Shown here piece after piece: positions 38,109 to 49,874 of a DNA stretch of 64,000 nucleotides; position 1 is the stretch's first letter; each line of letters starts with the position of its first letter. The stretch lies in contig NC_068986.1 of assembly GCF_001194135.2 (NCBI RefSeq), positions 77,653,242 through 77,717,241 on the forward strand. Direction: 5' to 3'. Source of the DNA: Octopus bimaculoides (Eukaryota). The position numbers and the translations under genes are program-made. The notes under the pieces were generated by a model. That model was not told the DNA's origin, searched no databases, and saw only the letters and a program-made list of their open reading frames with translations.

Positions 38109-39437
38109 TGCTAACAAGAAGTAAGTCAAGGAGAAAAACCTGGTGCTAAGATAAGCTTCAGAAAGTATAAAAAGAAAGAACTAGGAATTTGACAAGACAA
38201 ATCATTGCATAAACTTCACTTAACCGATGACATTTTGGAATAATGAAGATTTGCAATGATGATAATTATAATTATGACAGCAACAATTATGATGTAGAAT
38301 AAGACACCATGAGGTAGTGACAAAGTCATAATTATTGTCTATGAAAAAATAATTAATAAAGGATTTATCATTACAGGAATATATAATTTTCAAGAATTTT
38401 ACCAAAATATTTTTTGAGTATTTTTTGCTTAGTCCTTAGACTTAAGTACTTTAGCACTTATCCTTTTATTTGAAAAATTCAAATTTTAAAAGAAATGTTC
38501 ATTTTCTAGTCTATGCTATTTCTTACACAAGATCTAAAAACAAGAGAGAGAGATAGGGGGGAAAGAGAGGGAGGGAGAGAGAGAGGAAGCAGGAGAGAGA
38601 GAGAGAATTTGATTAAAACAACTAAAATTATTCATAACAAAGAAACAAGAACAATTAATCTAATTCTTCATTTATTCTGAATCAGTAGAAACCTTTCAAG
38701 TAGAAAAAGGGAAGGAAAAAAATGTGTTGTTTTAAATCAACAGGGGACAAATCTTTCAATAATATTGACACAGAATGTTAAATTGATTAGATATCTTGAT
38801 GAGAGTAAAAACATTAATCTTAACTGAAACATGCAAACAAGGTTTGATTATCTTGAAAAGTTTTAAAGTGTTATGCAAAGAGACCATGATATTTGGAGAG
38901 AGGCAAATGAAATGTTAAGAGTATCAAATGTAAAGTTACTGTTGGGTAGATTGTTTTTAAAACAGTTGATGCCAGTAGATGAGAATTTAAGAATTTAAAA
39001 GAAAAATCTGTAAATGTATTAGGTATGTCTACTCTTTGAAACTTGAACTTATCTAAATCTATATCAAGATTTAATTTACATCTAATTTTTTTTTTGTGTA
39101 TCCTTTCATTTCCATTTTACACTTTAATGCAGATGCATTTTCTTTCTTTTTTGTTTCTTCCTTCCTTCATTCTTTCTTTCCCCCAACTCTCTCTTTCTCA
39201 AACACAGAATTTGAATGAAAATGCAATAATTCATCCCAATCTATCCAAGATGAATTAAATTATGGATATCTTCTGCTGACTGATCAAGAATGATACAATG
39301 TTTGTTTTTTTCTGTCATGTAATGATTATCACATTTGCCTGGAAAGTAGGATGAGTAAAAGTGTCTGCATGTATGTGCGTATGCATTTGTGGTTGTGTGC
39401 ACATGTATATGTTTGTGCATGTATATAAATATATACA

Positions 39438-39813
39438 TACTCTCTTTTACTCTTTTACTTGTTTCAGTCATTTGACTGTGGCCATGCTGGGGCACTGCCT
39501 TTAGTTGAGCAAATCGACCCCAGGACTTCTTCTTTGTAAGCCTAGTACTTATTCTATCGGTCTCTTTTTGCTGAACAGCTAAGTTACTGGGACGTGAACA
39601 CTCCAGCATTGGTTGTCAAGCGATGGTGGGGGGGGACAAACACAGACACACAAACACATATACATATATATATATATGACAGGCTTCTTTCAGTTTCCGT
39701 CTACCAAATCCACTCACAAGGCATTGGTCGGCCCGAGGCTATAGTAGAAGACACCTGCCCAAGGTGCCACAAAGCGGGACTGAACCCGGAACCATGTGGT
39801 TGGTAAGCAAGCT
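39438..39813 (-). mobile_element. SINE family A, near full length (5' end lost in N gap)
   Basis: tRNA-like B box (ggttccgggttcagtccc), core ggcaccttgggcaggtgtctt, internal microsatellite, tail ...gactgaaacaagtaaaagagtaaaagagagta. Confidence 0.85.
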
Positions 39814-40034
39814 NNNNNNNNNNNNNNNNNNNNNNNNNNNNNNNNNNNNNNNNNNNNNNNNNNNNNNNNNNNNNNNNNNNNNNNNNNNNNNNNNNNNNNN
39901 NNNNNNNNNNNNNNNNNNNNNNNNNNNNNNNNNNNNNNNNNNNNNNNNNNNNNNNNNNNNNNNNNNNNNNNNNNNNNNNNNNNNNNNNNNNNNNNNNNNN
40001 NNNNNNNNNNNNNNNNNNNNNNNNNNNNNNTATA

Positions 40035-40068
<34 letters not shown>

Positions 40069-40217
40069 AAAAATATAAGTATATATTCATATTTGCATAT
40101 ATGTATTATATATATATATAGTGAGAGAGAGAGAGAGAGAGCAAGAGGGAGAGAGAGAGAGCGGGAGGGGTAGAGAGAGGGAGAGAGGGGGTAGAAAGGG
40201 AGAGAGTGAGGGTAAGA

Positions 40218-40379
40218 AAATTGTAGATGTTCCCCTGTGATATAGAGACCATTGTATATAAGATGGAGATCAAATCTCTATACAGGTGCTGTGGCACTAC
40301 CTCAATGTTGTATACTGGTATGACAGAAGGTTTCTTCAAAAGAAGATGTTACAATCACACCCCTTCTTTCAGAAACACA
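40218..40379 (+). mobile_element. Penelope-like element GIY-YIG endonuclease fragment
   Basis: From 40245 in one open frame: ETIVYKMEIK...MLYTGMTEGFFKRRCYNHTPSFRN (VY...YxG...FKxR..NH pattern), preceded by NCRC. Confidence 0.7.
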
Positions 40380-40469
40380 ATAATTATATAATATACTTGC
40401 ACACACACATTTATTGATGGAAAAAAAGATATAGATACATTAAGTATACTTATACACACATGAATGCAT

Positions 40470-40545
<76 letters not shown>

Positions 40546-41255
40546 CAGATAAATAAATAGGTAAATTGATAGTGAGAGGGAATGAAAGAGAGAGAGAGAG
40601 AAAAAGACAGAGAGAGATATAGATAGAGGGAGAGAGAGAGAATGAAAAAGAATGGAGTGAATGAAAATCATGTTTTTTTTTTATCTATATACTCATGATT
40701 TTGTAGTGCATTGGTTAATCTAGTTTTCCAAAGGTTAAGAGAAACACATATTCAATCAATTGTAAAATCTTCTCTGATGCTTATATGAAGAAGAAACGAA
40801 AAATGATTCTGGCAGAAAACAATGTTGTAGGCAGTTGCTAAGTTACCATCAACACTTTACATCAAAAGCTAAAAAGGTAGGAGGAGAAGGAGGGAGGGAC
40901 AATATTAAATATTGATAATATTGTTTTATCAAGAATAGATCATCTTGTCATCAACTAGAAATAGAACTGTCCCTATGGGTGGTGGTGAGAGAGAAAGAGA
41001 GAGAGACGAAGAAAGAGACTGAGTGTAGGGAAAGAAGGAAAGAGAAAGGGAGGAAGAGTCAGGAGGACGTGGAGAAAGAGAGAGAAAATGAAAGTGAATG
41101 TGAGAGAGAAAAAGGGGAGATAAGAGAAAGAAAATGAAAGTAAGAAGAAAAAGAGAGAGGGAATAATGAAAAGTGAGAGAAAGAAAGAGAAAGAGTGGGA
41201 CAGAAAGAAAGAGAAGGAGAGAGGGAAAAGGGCACGAAGAGAGGAGAATGAAAGA

Positions 41256-41305
<50 letters not shown>

Positions 41306-41486
41306 GAGAAGGAAGATAAAGTTATTTTTGTATGCAGGGTTGTGGAGGAGGGAATGGAGGAAGAAAATAGAAGGGAAAAGAAAGGAAGGAGAAATAAAAG
41401 TGGCAAGAAAATAGGTGTAAGTTAAGAAAGACAGGTAAAGAGAAATTCATTTAATTTATGCAGAAAGGAAAAGTACAAAGCAAAGG

Positions 41487-41525
<39 letters not shown>

Positions 41526-41767
41526 NNNNNNNNNNTGCTCCACTCTCAGACATACACGCAAACACGTAGACAGAGATGGAAAAAGCAATAGATTAAAATT
41601 TAAAATGCACTAAAAGTTAAAGGAATAAAAAGTAAAAATAAAACGCAAGGAAAAGATACAGAAATATATTTTACAAATAGAATAAATTTCATAAAAATAA
41701 ATTATTCACATGTTTGCTTGCTAATCATGTAATTATTATTATTTTAAAAATTAATTTTTTATAGGAA

Positions 41768-42095
41768 CGGACATGGCAGTGTGGTAAGAAGTTTGCCTCC
41801 TAACTACATGGTTCTGGATTCAGTCTCACTGCATGGCACTTGGGTAGGTGTCTTCTACTATAGTCCTGGATCAACCAAAACCTTAAGACTGTAATAAATA
41901 TATATATATATATACATATAGACATATGCACGCTCTCTCTCATGCACACACACACACACACATGTGTGCATGTGCCTTTGTGTCTGTGTTTGTCTCCTTA
42001 CCCATTTCAGAATTGGTATTAGTGTGCTTACATTCCTGTCACTTAGTGGTTCAAAAGAAGAGACTGATAGAAAAAATATCAGACTTAAGAAGAAA
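41768..42095 (+). mobile_element. SINE family A, degenerate
   Basis: catggcagtgtggtaagaagtttgc...ggttctggattcagtctcactgcatggcacttgggtaggtgtcttctactatag plus tail gtggttcaaaagaagagactgatag. Confidence 0.7.
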
Positions 42096-42101
42096 AGAGT
42101 G

Positions 42102-42740
42102 CAGTGAACTAAGGTAACACCTCTTATTTTTCGAGCACCTTCCTGAGTATTTGAGCAGTTCCAAGCAGTGTTGTTTTCTGCAAGTGCTCCACCCTTATTG
42201 CTGCCCCTATTTGTTCCCTGTAGTTCTCAAGATTTTTACTCACTCTTCTCAGGACAATTATTGGTACTACTACCACCTTTTTTTATCGACCGCAACTGCT
42301 TAACCTTCCAAGCTAGCATTTTATATCTATTGACATTTCTTTCTTCCTTATTGCATACCTTGTTGTCAGCTGGGCATGCTATATCTATGATTCAGCATAG
42401 TTTGCCTTCTTTCTCAATTAAGACTATGTCTGGCTTCGTATTCTCTATCTCATGGCCACACTGAATCATAAAATCCCATAGGATCTTTGCATTATCATTT
42501 TCGATGATGCCTTCAGGTTTGTGGTCATATCAATTTTTTGCTCTGTCAAGTCCATACTTGTTGCAAAGTGTCCAATGGACAAGCCTTGTTATATAGTCGT
42601 GTAGTCTCTTATATTCGTTCTGGGCTAGTGGCGTACATTGGCTGATAATATGCCAAACTGTTTCACCATTTTGTCCAAAGATTCTGCACTAATCACTTTC
42701 TGATGCATTGTCTATTCTGTATTTTATGTAGTTTGCTCTT
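42102..42740 (-). mobile_element. RLE-type (R4/Dong-like) non-LTR retrotransposon 3' fragment, copy 1
   Basis: Minus strand: RANYIKYRID...CRIFGQNGETVWHIISQCTPLAQNEYKR (CCHC knuckle), ...KILWDFMIQCGHEIENTKPDIVLIEKE (PD..D RLE motif). 5' end abuts an (AAT/AAC)n array. Confidence 0.85.
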
Positions 42741-42864
42741 TATCATTATCATTATTATTATTATTATTGTTGTTGTTGTTGTTGTTGTTGTTATTGTTGT
42801 TGTTATCATTATTATTATTATTATTATCAATATTATTATTGTTGTTGTTGTTGTTGCTTGGTTC

Positions 42865-43608
42865 TAAAATCCAATGAATGTGGCTAACCTCACCCAATGG
42901 ATTTCTGTCTGCCATTTGTTGCATAAATATAAAGAAAATGAACCTCTTTCTATTTTTTAAGAGAATGGTGATAGGGGACAAAAAATGGAATATCTATAAC
43001 AGTTTGAAGTGCCAACAATCATGAAGGAGGAGTGGTGAACCACCAAATACAATCTCCAGAGAAGGACTTCACCTGAAGAAGGTTATACTTTCAATTTGGT
43101 GGGATTGGAAGGCTGTTGTATTTTATGAGCTTCTTCCTACACTCATGACTATTAATTTAGATATTTACTGTGACTAGCTGGACAAACTGAATGCTGCGAT
43201 CCACCAGAAGTGTCCTGCACTAACTAATCATAAGGGCATTTGTCTTTCATCACATCAATGCCAGATTGCACACTTCTTTGCACACTGGGCTTGGCTGGGA
43301 AGTTTAGCCACACACTCCATATTTGCCTGACTTTGAGCCTTTAGGTTTCCTACTCTTTCTGTCTCTTCAAAACTCATTGAATGGAGACTGTCAAGTCTGA
43401 AAAAGATGTAAAAATACACCTGGAAGAGATTTTTGCCAGTAATGACAAGAAATTCTTTGAGTAGGAAATAATGGATCTGTCTACAAGATAGCAGAAGATA
43501 CTGGAACAAAGCAATAATTATATCATTGACTGAATAGATAGTTTGTATTTAAAACTTGTGCATCATTTTCACTTATAAAACTGAATGGACAGTTTGGCCA
43601 ATGCAATA
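42865..43608 (+). mobile_element. Mariner (DD34D-type) transposon 3' half, pseudogene plus right TIR
   Basis: FLRMVIGDKKW, GLHLKKVILSIWWDWKAVVFYELLP, HTPYLPD (cf. HPPYSPD), ...EQSNNYIID*. Terminal tttggccaatgcaata followed by TA. Confidence 0.85.
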
Positions 43609-43622
43609 TATATCTCTCTTTC

Positions 43623-43658
<36 letters not shown>

Positions 43659-44069
43659 CACTCATGCACGCACACACACATTATATAAGTGTATGTATGT
43701 GTGTATGTATATCTGTCTATCTATTGTCTGTCTATAAATATAAGTAAAACTAACTGTAAATATACACATCTATATCTAATGATCTATAACTAATGCGAAG
43801 AGACACTTGCTTAAAAATAAAATCAAGTTATTTTTTGAAATAAATAGATAATGTATTTTATTACCAGACATAGTCATGTATCTAGAAGTCAGACATTCAT
43901 CCAGAATTAACTTAATGAAATGAGCTGTTATAGTAATTATAGGAATAAATATTTCAAAGTTATACAGTTATACTCAAAATAATTCTTTTGTGAAAAGTGA
44001 TTAACCAGAGCTCAAATTAAAAGTGGGGAATGAATAAGCAATGATAAATATGCTTCTGGTCAGCATGTC

Positions 44070-44415
44070 TAAAGAGATGTCAGTTTTGTCTAATGGCAAT
44101 ATTTGATGGAAGACTGATGGTAACACACATCTGGGTACTAGAAAAGCTCGGTTGAGAGATGACACTTCGGCGAAGCATCGAGAAGTGGAAGCTACAGTTC
44201 TTTGGCCACGTCATGTGTTGGTATGGACTTGAGCGAACAATCATAACTGGCAAGGTGAACGGCAGATGTAAAAGAGGCAGACCACCCGCTTCTTGGCTGA
44301 ATGACATCGCAGCCACAGGATTGTCTTTATTCTCAGCTGTCCATGGGGTAGAGGACAGGAGAAGGTGGCAAGACATGATGACCACAGCATCGCATAGTGC
44401 GACACCTGACTAGGA
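44070..44415 (+). mobile_element. RTE (BovB-like) LINE 3' fragment
   Basis: KLQFFGHVMCWYGLERTIITGKVNGRCKRGRPPASWLNDI...VEDRRRWQ: the RTE C-terminal FGHV..R/RGRP..W motifs. (TATG)n follows. Confidence 0.85.
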
Positions 44416-44429
44416 GAGAAAGAGAGCTG

Positions 44430-44463
<34 letters not shown>

Positions 44464-44490
44464 TGTATGTATGTGTGAATATATAGAAGC

Positions 44491-44995
44491 CCTCGCTTCA
44501 GATTGAGTTGGATGGTGAACAAGGGTGTGGAGTGGAGTGAAAGCGTTTGAAGAGGCCAGGATGATGCAAGCAGGACTCAAGAGATATTCAAGGAAAAATG
44601 TAAAGATCGAGAAGGTGAATGACAAGGACCTTTTTGTGTGCACAGTCTGTGACAGATCATGCCTGTCTTTGGCTGGCCTCAAATCTCACCTGCGAACCCA
44701 TGGAAAACAAACTTCAACCAGCTATTCTGATTATATGTCTGTGCACACGTTTGAATGTGGTGTGTGCCAGAGGGCTTGCAAATCCAATGGGGGTCTTAAA
44801 AGACATGTTAGGATCCACAATGAGCAGAACTTACCTACAGGTATTGATTGTACAAATAAGAGGTGCAATCTGTGTGGGTGTTTTTTCAAAACACTGTCTG
44901 GTTTAAAAAGCTACATCAGATGCCATGAAAGGGCTAAGGTGTAGGTGCAGGAGGTGGTCAAACTCTGTGTAAGGAGTAGACAACAACCATAACCA
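44491..44995 (+). mobile_element. RTE LINE ORF2 C-terminus with three C2H2 zinc fingers (5' truncated)
   Basis: LASD*VGW*TRVWSGVKAFEEARM... (both stops explicable as CGA to TGA). Fingers CTVC-x12-HLRTH, CGVC-x12-HVRIH and CNLC-x12-YIRCH (H to Y). Stop at 44942-44944. Confidence 0.75.
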
Positions 44996-45062
44996 CCATG
45001 TATGTATGTATGTATGTACGTACATATGGATTATATATATTTGTATGTATGTATGTATGTAA

Positions 45063-45345
45063 AAGTGTATGGCTTAGTGGTTTGGGTGTTGCACTCAAGA
45101 TTGCAACATCATGAGTTTGATTTCCAGACTGGGCATTCCAATGTGTTTTTGAGCAAAACACTTCATGTTATGTTGCTCTGCAATCATTTCACCATTTGAC
45201 ATGTGGAACATTGTGCACTTGAACATGTAATGTTGATTCAATGGAGGCAGTGAACTTATGTGAACACAAAAATTTGATCATTCTAAACAAATCATCTGTG
45301 TGGTTCTTTGGCGAGAAATTGCAGAACCCTCATATGTTGTTTAAC
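45063..45345 (+). mobile_element. SINE family B head/core with alternative tail (same tail as 35700-35960)
   Basis: tatggcttagtggtttgggtgttgcactc...tttgagcaaaacacttcat...aaacaaatcatctgtg. Confidence 0.65.
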
Positions 45346-45363
45346 AATAGGAGAGTCCAAATC

Positions 45364-45403
<40 letters not shown>

Positions 45404-45418
45404 ATATCTGTCCGTCTT

Positions 45419-45478
<60 letters not shown>

Positions 45479-45509
45479 CACGCACACACACACACACACA
45501 CACATACAC

Positions 45510-45842
45510 ACACGCATATATGGCACTCCATCAGTTGTGATGACATGGGTTCCAGCTTATCTGATCGATGTAACAGTTGGCTTGTGAAATTAACTTGCAA
45601 ATGGCTGAGTATTCCAAAACCACGTGTACCCTTAATGTAGTTCTCAGAGAGATTCAGCATGACACAGTGTGTGACAAAGCTGACCCTTTGAAATACAGGT
45701 ACTACTCATTTTTGTCAGCTGAGTGGACTGGAGCAACGTGAAATAATGTCTTGCTTAAGGACACAACACGTCACCAGGAATTGAACTCATAATCTTACAA
45801 TCTTAAGCTGAATACCTTAACCACTAAGCCACATGCTTTCAC
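45510..45842 (-). mobile_element. SINE family B head/core with a third tail type
   Basis: Reverse complement gtgaaagcatgtggcttagtggttaagg...ccttaagcaagacattatttcacgttgctccagtccactcagctg, then a tail unlike 48787-49120. Confidence 0.75.
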
Positions 45843-46668
45843 ACACACACATATCATCATCATCATCGTCACCACTTAACATTCTTGTTCCATGGGGTAG
45901 ACAGTTTGACAAGATCCAATGGCTCCCAAAACTGCAACATGCTCCACTGTCTACATTGGCACAGTTTTATGGCTGGAAATTCTTCCTAATGCCTACCACT
46001 TTACTGTGTAAATTTTTCTGTGCCACCAGCACATCTCAGCACACACACACACACACACACACAACATGCTTTGTATTGTTTCCATTTACCAAATTCACTC
46101 ACACGGCATTGGTTGATATAAGTGTTCTTCCTTACAGTTACCATATCCAAGTTTCATATGAACATAACATGTTCTGCTAACTTTACAATTCAGTCAATCC
46201 AGTCAAGATGACATAAACAGCTTTTCCATTAAAGATAGTGCAATGTCATTAAAGGAAATATGAATAGCATATTTGGATTAAAAGTTAAGAACAGAACTGA
46301 AATTCATGATTGAATTCAGTAAAGGGGTTCTCAGCAACTATTTCTTACATATTTAACTTCCATTGCTCTTTACTGAAACAAAGACAGAATAACAAAAAGT
46401 GTCAATATAATTCAGTAATTAATTTACTATTTTGTTAGCAACTAATCATGTATTTAGTGCTGTATGACATTAGCAGAGCACTTTCTTGAGTTCTTTCTAT
46501 AAAGTTTATAGAATTTGAGATTCTATACAATTTGAAACAAAGATCCTCTGGGATTAATTAACTGACTAGATCCCAAAATTAAACAAATTCATAATCATAT
46601 TCTAAATTTTAATACTCAAACTTGTTTCTGGGAAATTTATGCACACACACACACACACACACACACAT

Positions 46669-46702
<34 letters not shown>

Positions 46703-46781
46703 TTTCTGTCAGAAATAAGCTTTATGTGTATAAATATAAATAAATAAATNNNNNNNNNNNNNNNNNNNNNNNNNNNTATGT

Positions 46782-47715
46782 AGAGTGAAAGGTAGATTGT
46801 ATGATGCATGTGTGTGAACTGCCATGCTTCACAGCTGTGAAACATGGGTCGTGTGACTGCTGAAGACATGCGTAGGCTCAAAAGAAATAAAACTAGCATG
46901 ATCCTCTGGATATGTAATGTCAGTGTGCACACATGACAGAGTGTAAGCACCCTGAAAGAAATGTTAGACATAAGAAGCATCAGATGTGGTGTGCAAGAGA
47001 GACGTTTGCGTTGGTATGGTCATGTACTGTGGATGGATGAGGAGAGCTGTGTGAAGAAGTACCACTCTCAAACAGTGGAAGGAGTCCGGGGTAGAGGGAG
47101 ACCCAGGAAAACATGGTATGAGGTGGTCAAGCATGACCTTCGAACGTTGGGCCTTACAGAGGCAATGACAAAAGACTGAGACCCCTGGAGGTATGCTGTG
47201 ACTGAGAAGACCCGGCAAATAAAGTGAGTCCACAGCTGTAACCTACACCAGTGTCACATAACCAGCTCACTCAAAAGTACCTTGGACCGTAGGGTGACAT
47301 GCCATGCTTGAGGAGACCTATTGAGTCAAGTACATCAACATCAGCAATATCAAAATCAAATTAAATGGAAACTGTAGTTGTGATCCCTGTGCTGATAGCA
47401 CGTAAAAAGCACTATCCGAACGTGGCCAATGCAAGTGCTGCCTTGACTAGCTTCCATGTCGGTGACATGTAAAAAGCACCATCTGATTGTGGTCAATGCC
47501 AGCTCCTCTGGTTCCTTGTGACAGTGGCACGTAAAAAGCACCCGCTACACTCTCTGAGTGGTTGGCGTTAGGAAGGGCATCCAGCTGTATAAACACTGCC
47601 AGATCAGATTGGGGCCTAGTGCCGCCTCTTGGCTTCCCAGACCCCAGTCGAACCGTCCAGCCCATGCCAGCATGGGAAACGGACGTTAAACGGTGATGAT
47701 GATGATGATGATGAT
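46782..47715 (+). mobile_element. RTE LINE 3' end: ORF2 C-terminus, repeat-containing 3' UTR and (GAT)n tail
   Basis: RVKGRLYDACV*TAMLHSCETW, RLRWYGHVLWMDE, GRGRPRKTW, DLRTLGLTEAMTKD*DPWRYAVTEKTRQIK* (to 47227), then subrepeats and terminal module. Confidence 0.9.
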
Positions 47716-47780
47716 GTATATATTTATATGTATAGAGTATATATGTAAATATATTTACACATACATACATAACCTCCCCA

Positions 47781-47827
<47 letters not shown>

Positions 47828-48551
47828 NNNNNNNNNNNNNNNNNNNNNNNNNNNNNNNNNNNNNNNNNNNNNNNNNNNNNNNNNNNNNNNNNNNNNNNNN
47901 NNNNNNNNNNNNNNNNNNNNNNNNNNNNNNNNNNNNNNNNNNNNNNNNNNNNNNNNNNNNNNNNNNNNNNNNNNNNNNNNNNNNNNNNNNNNNNNNNNNN
48001 NNNNNNNNNNNNNNNNNNNNNNNNNNNNNNNNNNNNNNNNNNNNNNNNNNNNNNNNNNNNNNNNNNNNNNNNNNNNNNNNNNNNNNNNNNNNNNNNNNNN
48101 NNNNNNNNNNNNNNNNNNNNNNNNNNNNNNNNNNNNNNNNNNNNNNNNNNNNNNNNNNNNNNNNNNNNNNNNNNNNNNNNNNNNNNNNNNNNNNNNNNNN
48201 NNNNNNNNNNNNNNNNNNNNNNNNNNNNNNNNNNNNNNNNNNNNNNNNNNNNNNNNNNNNNNNNNNNNNNNNNNNNNNNNNNNNNNNNNNNNNNNNNNNN
48301 NNNNNNNNNNNNNNNNNNNNNNNNNNNNNNNNNNNNNNNNNNNNNNNNNNNNNNNNNNNNNNNNNNNNNNNNNNNNNNNNNNNNNNNNNNNNNNNNNNNN
48401 NNNNNNNNNNNNNNNNNNNNNNNNNNNNNNNNNNNNNNNNNNNNNNNNNNNNNNNNNNNNNNNNNNNNNNNNNNNNNNNNNNNNNNNNNNNNNNNNNNNN
48501 NNNNNNNNNNNNNNNNNNNNNNNNNNNNNNNNNNNNNNNNNNNNNNNNNNN

Positions 48552-48747
48552 TACCCAGCTCTTCGAAACGCCGGTGTTAAAACGGGGGTAGCTGATGAAG
48601 GAGAATGTTCTCTATGTGGCTTGTGTGTTTTCTCGTCTACGTTTTGTTTGCAATGTCCTGTACCCAGATATGCACCTATACATACAGGTGGATGTCGGTA
48701 TGCACATACCTGTACGTATATATGCATATACTCATTTACTATTTGTT

Positions 48748-48750
<3 letters not shown>
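48552..48750 (+). repeat. Unclassified interspersed repeat, copy 2 (see 4051-4260)
   Basis: Colinear similarity to 4051-4260. Confidence 0.85.
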
Positions 48751-48786
<36 letters not shown>

Positions 48787-48787
<1 letters not shown>

Positions 48788-49120
48788 AAGGCGCATGGCT
48801 CAGTGGTTAGAGCGTTGAGCTTATGATCTTGAGGTTGTGAGTTTGATTCCCGGACCAGGCTGCGTGTTGTGCTCTTGAGCAAGACACTTTATTTCACGTT
48901 GTCCCAGTTAACTCAGCTGTAAAAATGAGTTGTGACATCACTGGTACCAAGTTGTATCGACCTTTGCCTTTCTCTTGGAAAACATCAGTGGTGTGGAGAG
49001 GGGAGGCTGGTATGCATGGGTGAGTGCTGGCCTTCCATAAACAACCTTGCCTGGACTTGTGCCTCAGAGGGTAACTTTCGAGGTGCAATCCCATGGTCAT
49101 TCATGACCGAAAGGGGTCTC
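48787..49120 (+). mobile_element. tRNA-headed SINE family B, full length
   Basis: A-box-like tggctcagtggttag, B-box-like gtttgattccc, conserved core cttgagcaagacactttatttcacgttg.cccagtt.actcagctgta. Copies at 30909 and 59534. Confidence 0.9.
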
Positions 49121-49122
49121 CT

Positions 49123-49207
<85 letters not shown>

Positions 49208-49249
49208 AAATAAATGGAGTTAAACGCAGGTGTTATTCAAATTATTTTA

Positions 49250-49321
49250 CTTCCGACATATGTTTCAAAGACAATATTGGTATTATTGGTGTAAAACAAT
49301 GCAGTCTTCTCATCATGGAAA
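49250..49321 (-). ncRNA. Type I hammerhead motif in the Penelope-like terminal repeat (C3 to A substitution)
   Basis: Minus strand: stem I TTTCC/GGAAG; core ATGATGA; stem II GAAGAC...GTCTTT (G.T closure, likely CpG decay of C); GAAA; palindromic stem III ACATATGT; triplet GTC. Confidence 0.75.
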
Positions 49322-49643
49322 GAAATAAACCAAACACATCACTAAGACATTTTAACAGAATGTGATGACTGCGTATGATGATGAAGGGAACACTATTAAG
49401 TTCTTTTAGAAAAACTGTTAGTAGATATAATGTCAAAGGTAGCATATCGAAAGAGAAGGAGAAGAAGGAAAGAAATTAGCAGAAAATTAATAGTGGAGAA
49501 ATATAGAGCGATGGGTGAATTAGAAAAAAGCTTAAACACGTGGAATTAGATATATTTAGTGAATGTGAAATGTAAGAAGACAATCAAAGGTCGGATTATA
49601 TAGAATGGTAGAAATCACTGATAGAAACTAAAGGTATGTTTCT

Positions 49644-49874
49644 TATTTCTTTATTGCCCACAAGGGACTAAACATAGAAGGGACAAACAAGGACAAACAA
49701 AGGGATTAATCGATTACATCGACCTCAGTGCTTAACTGGTACTTAATTTATTGACCCTGAAAGAATCAAAGGCAAAGTCGACCTTGGCGGAATTGAACTC
49801 AGAATGTAACAGCAGACGAAATGCCGCTAAGCATTTCGCCTGGCATGCTAATGTTTCTGCCAGCTCGCCACCTT
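49644..49874 (-). mobile_element. tRNA-headed SINE family C with 22-bp target-site duplication
   Basis: TAGAAACTAAAGGTATGTTTCT at 49622-49643 and 49875-49896. Head gagctggcagaaac.ttagcatgccagg...ctgagttcaattccgcc. Confidence 0.9.

Noticed and set aside
48552-48610. HDV-like fold for the two-copy repeat (P1/P2-type pseudoknot)
   Set aside because: P3 is not contiguous with P2/P1, and there is no P1.1 or proper J4/2 catalytic C context.
48787-48860. tRNA gene
   Set aside because: tRNA-like A/B boxes are SINE heads continuing into SINE core and tail; no complete cloverleaf with acceptor stem.
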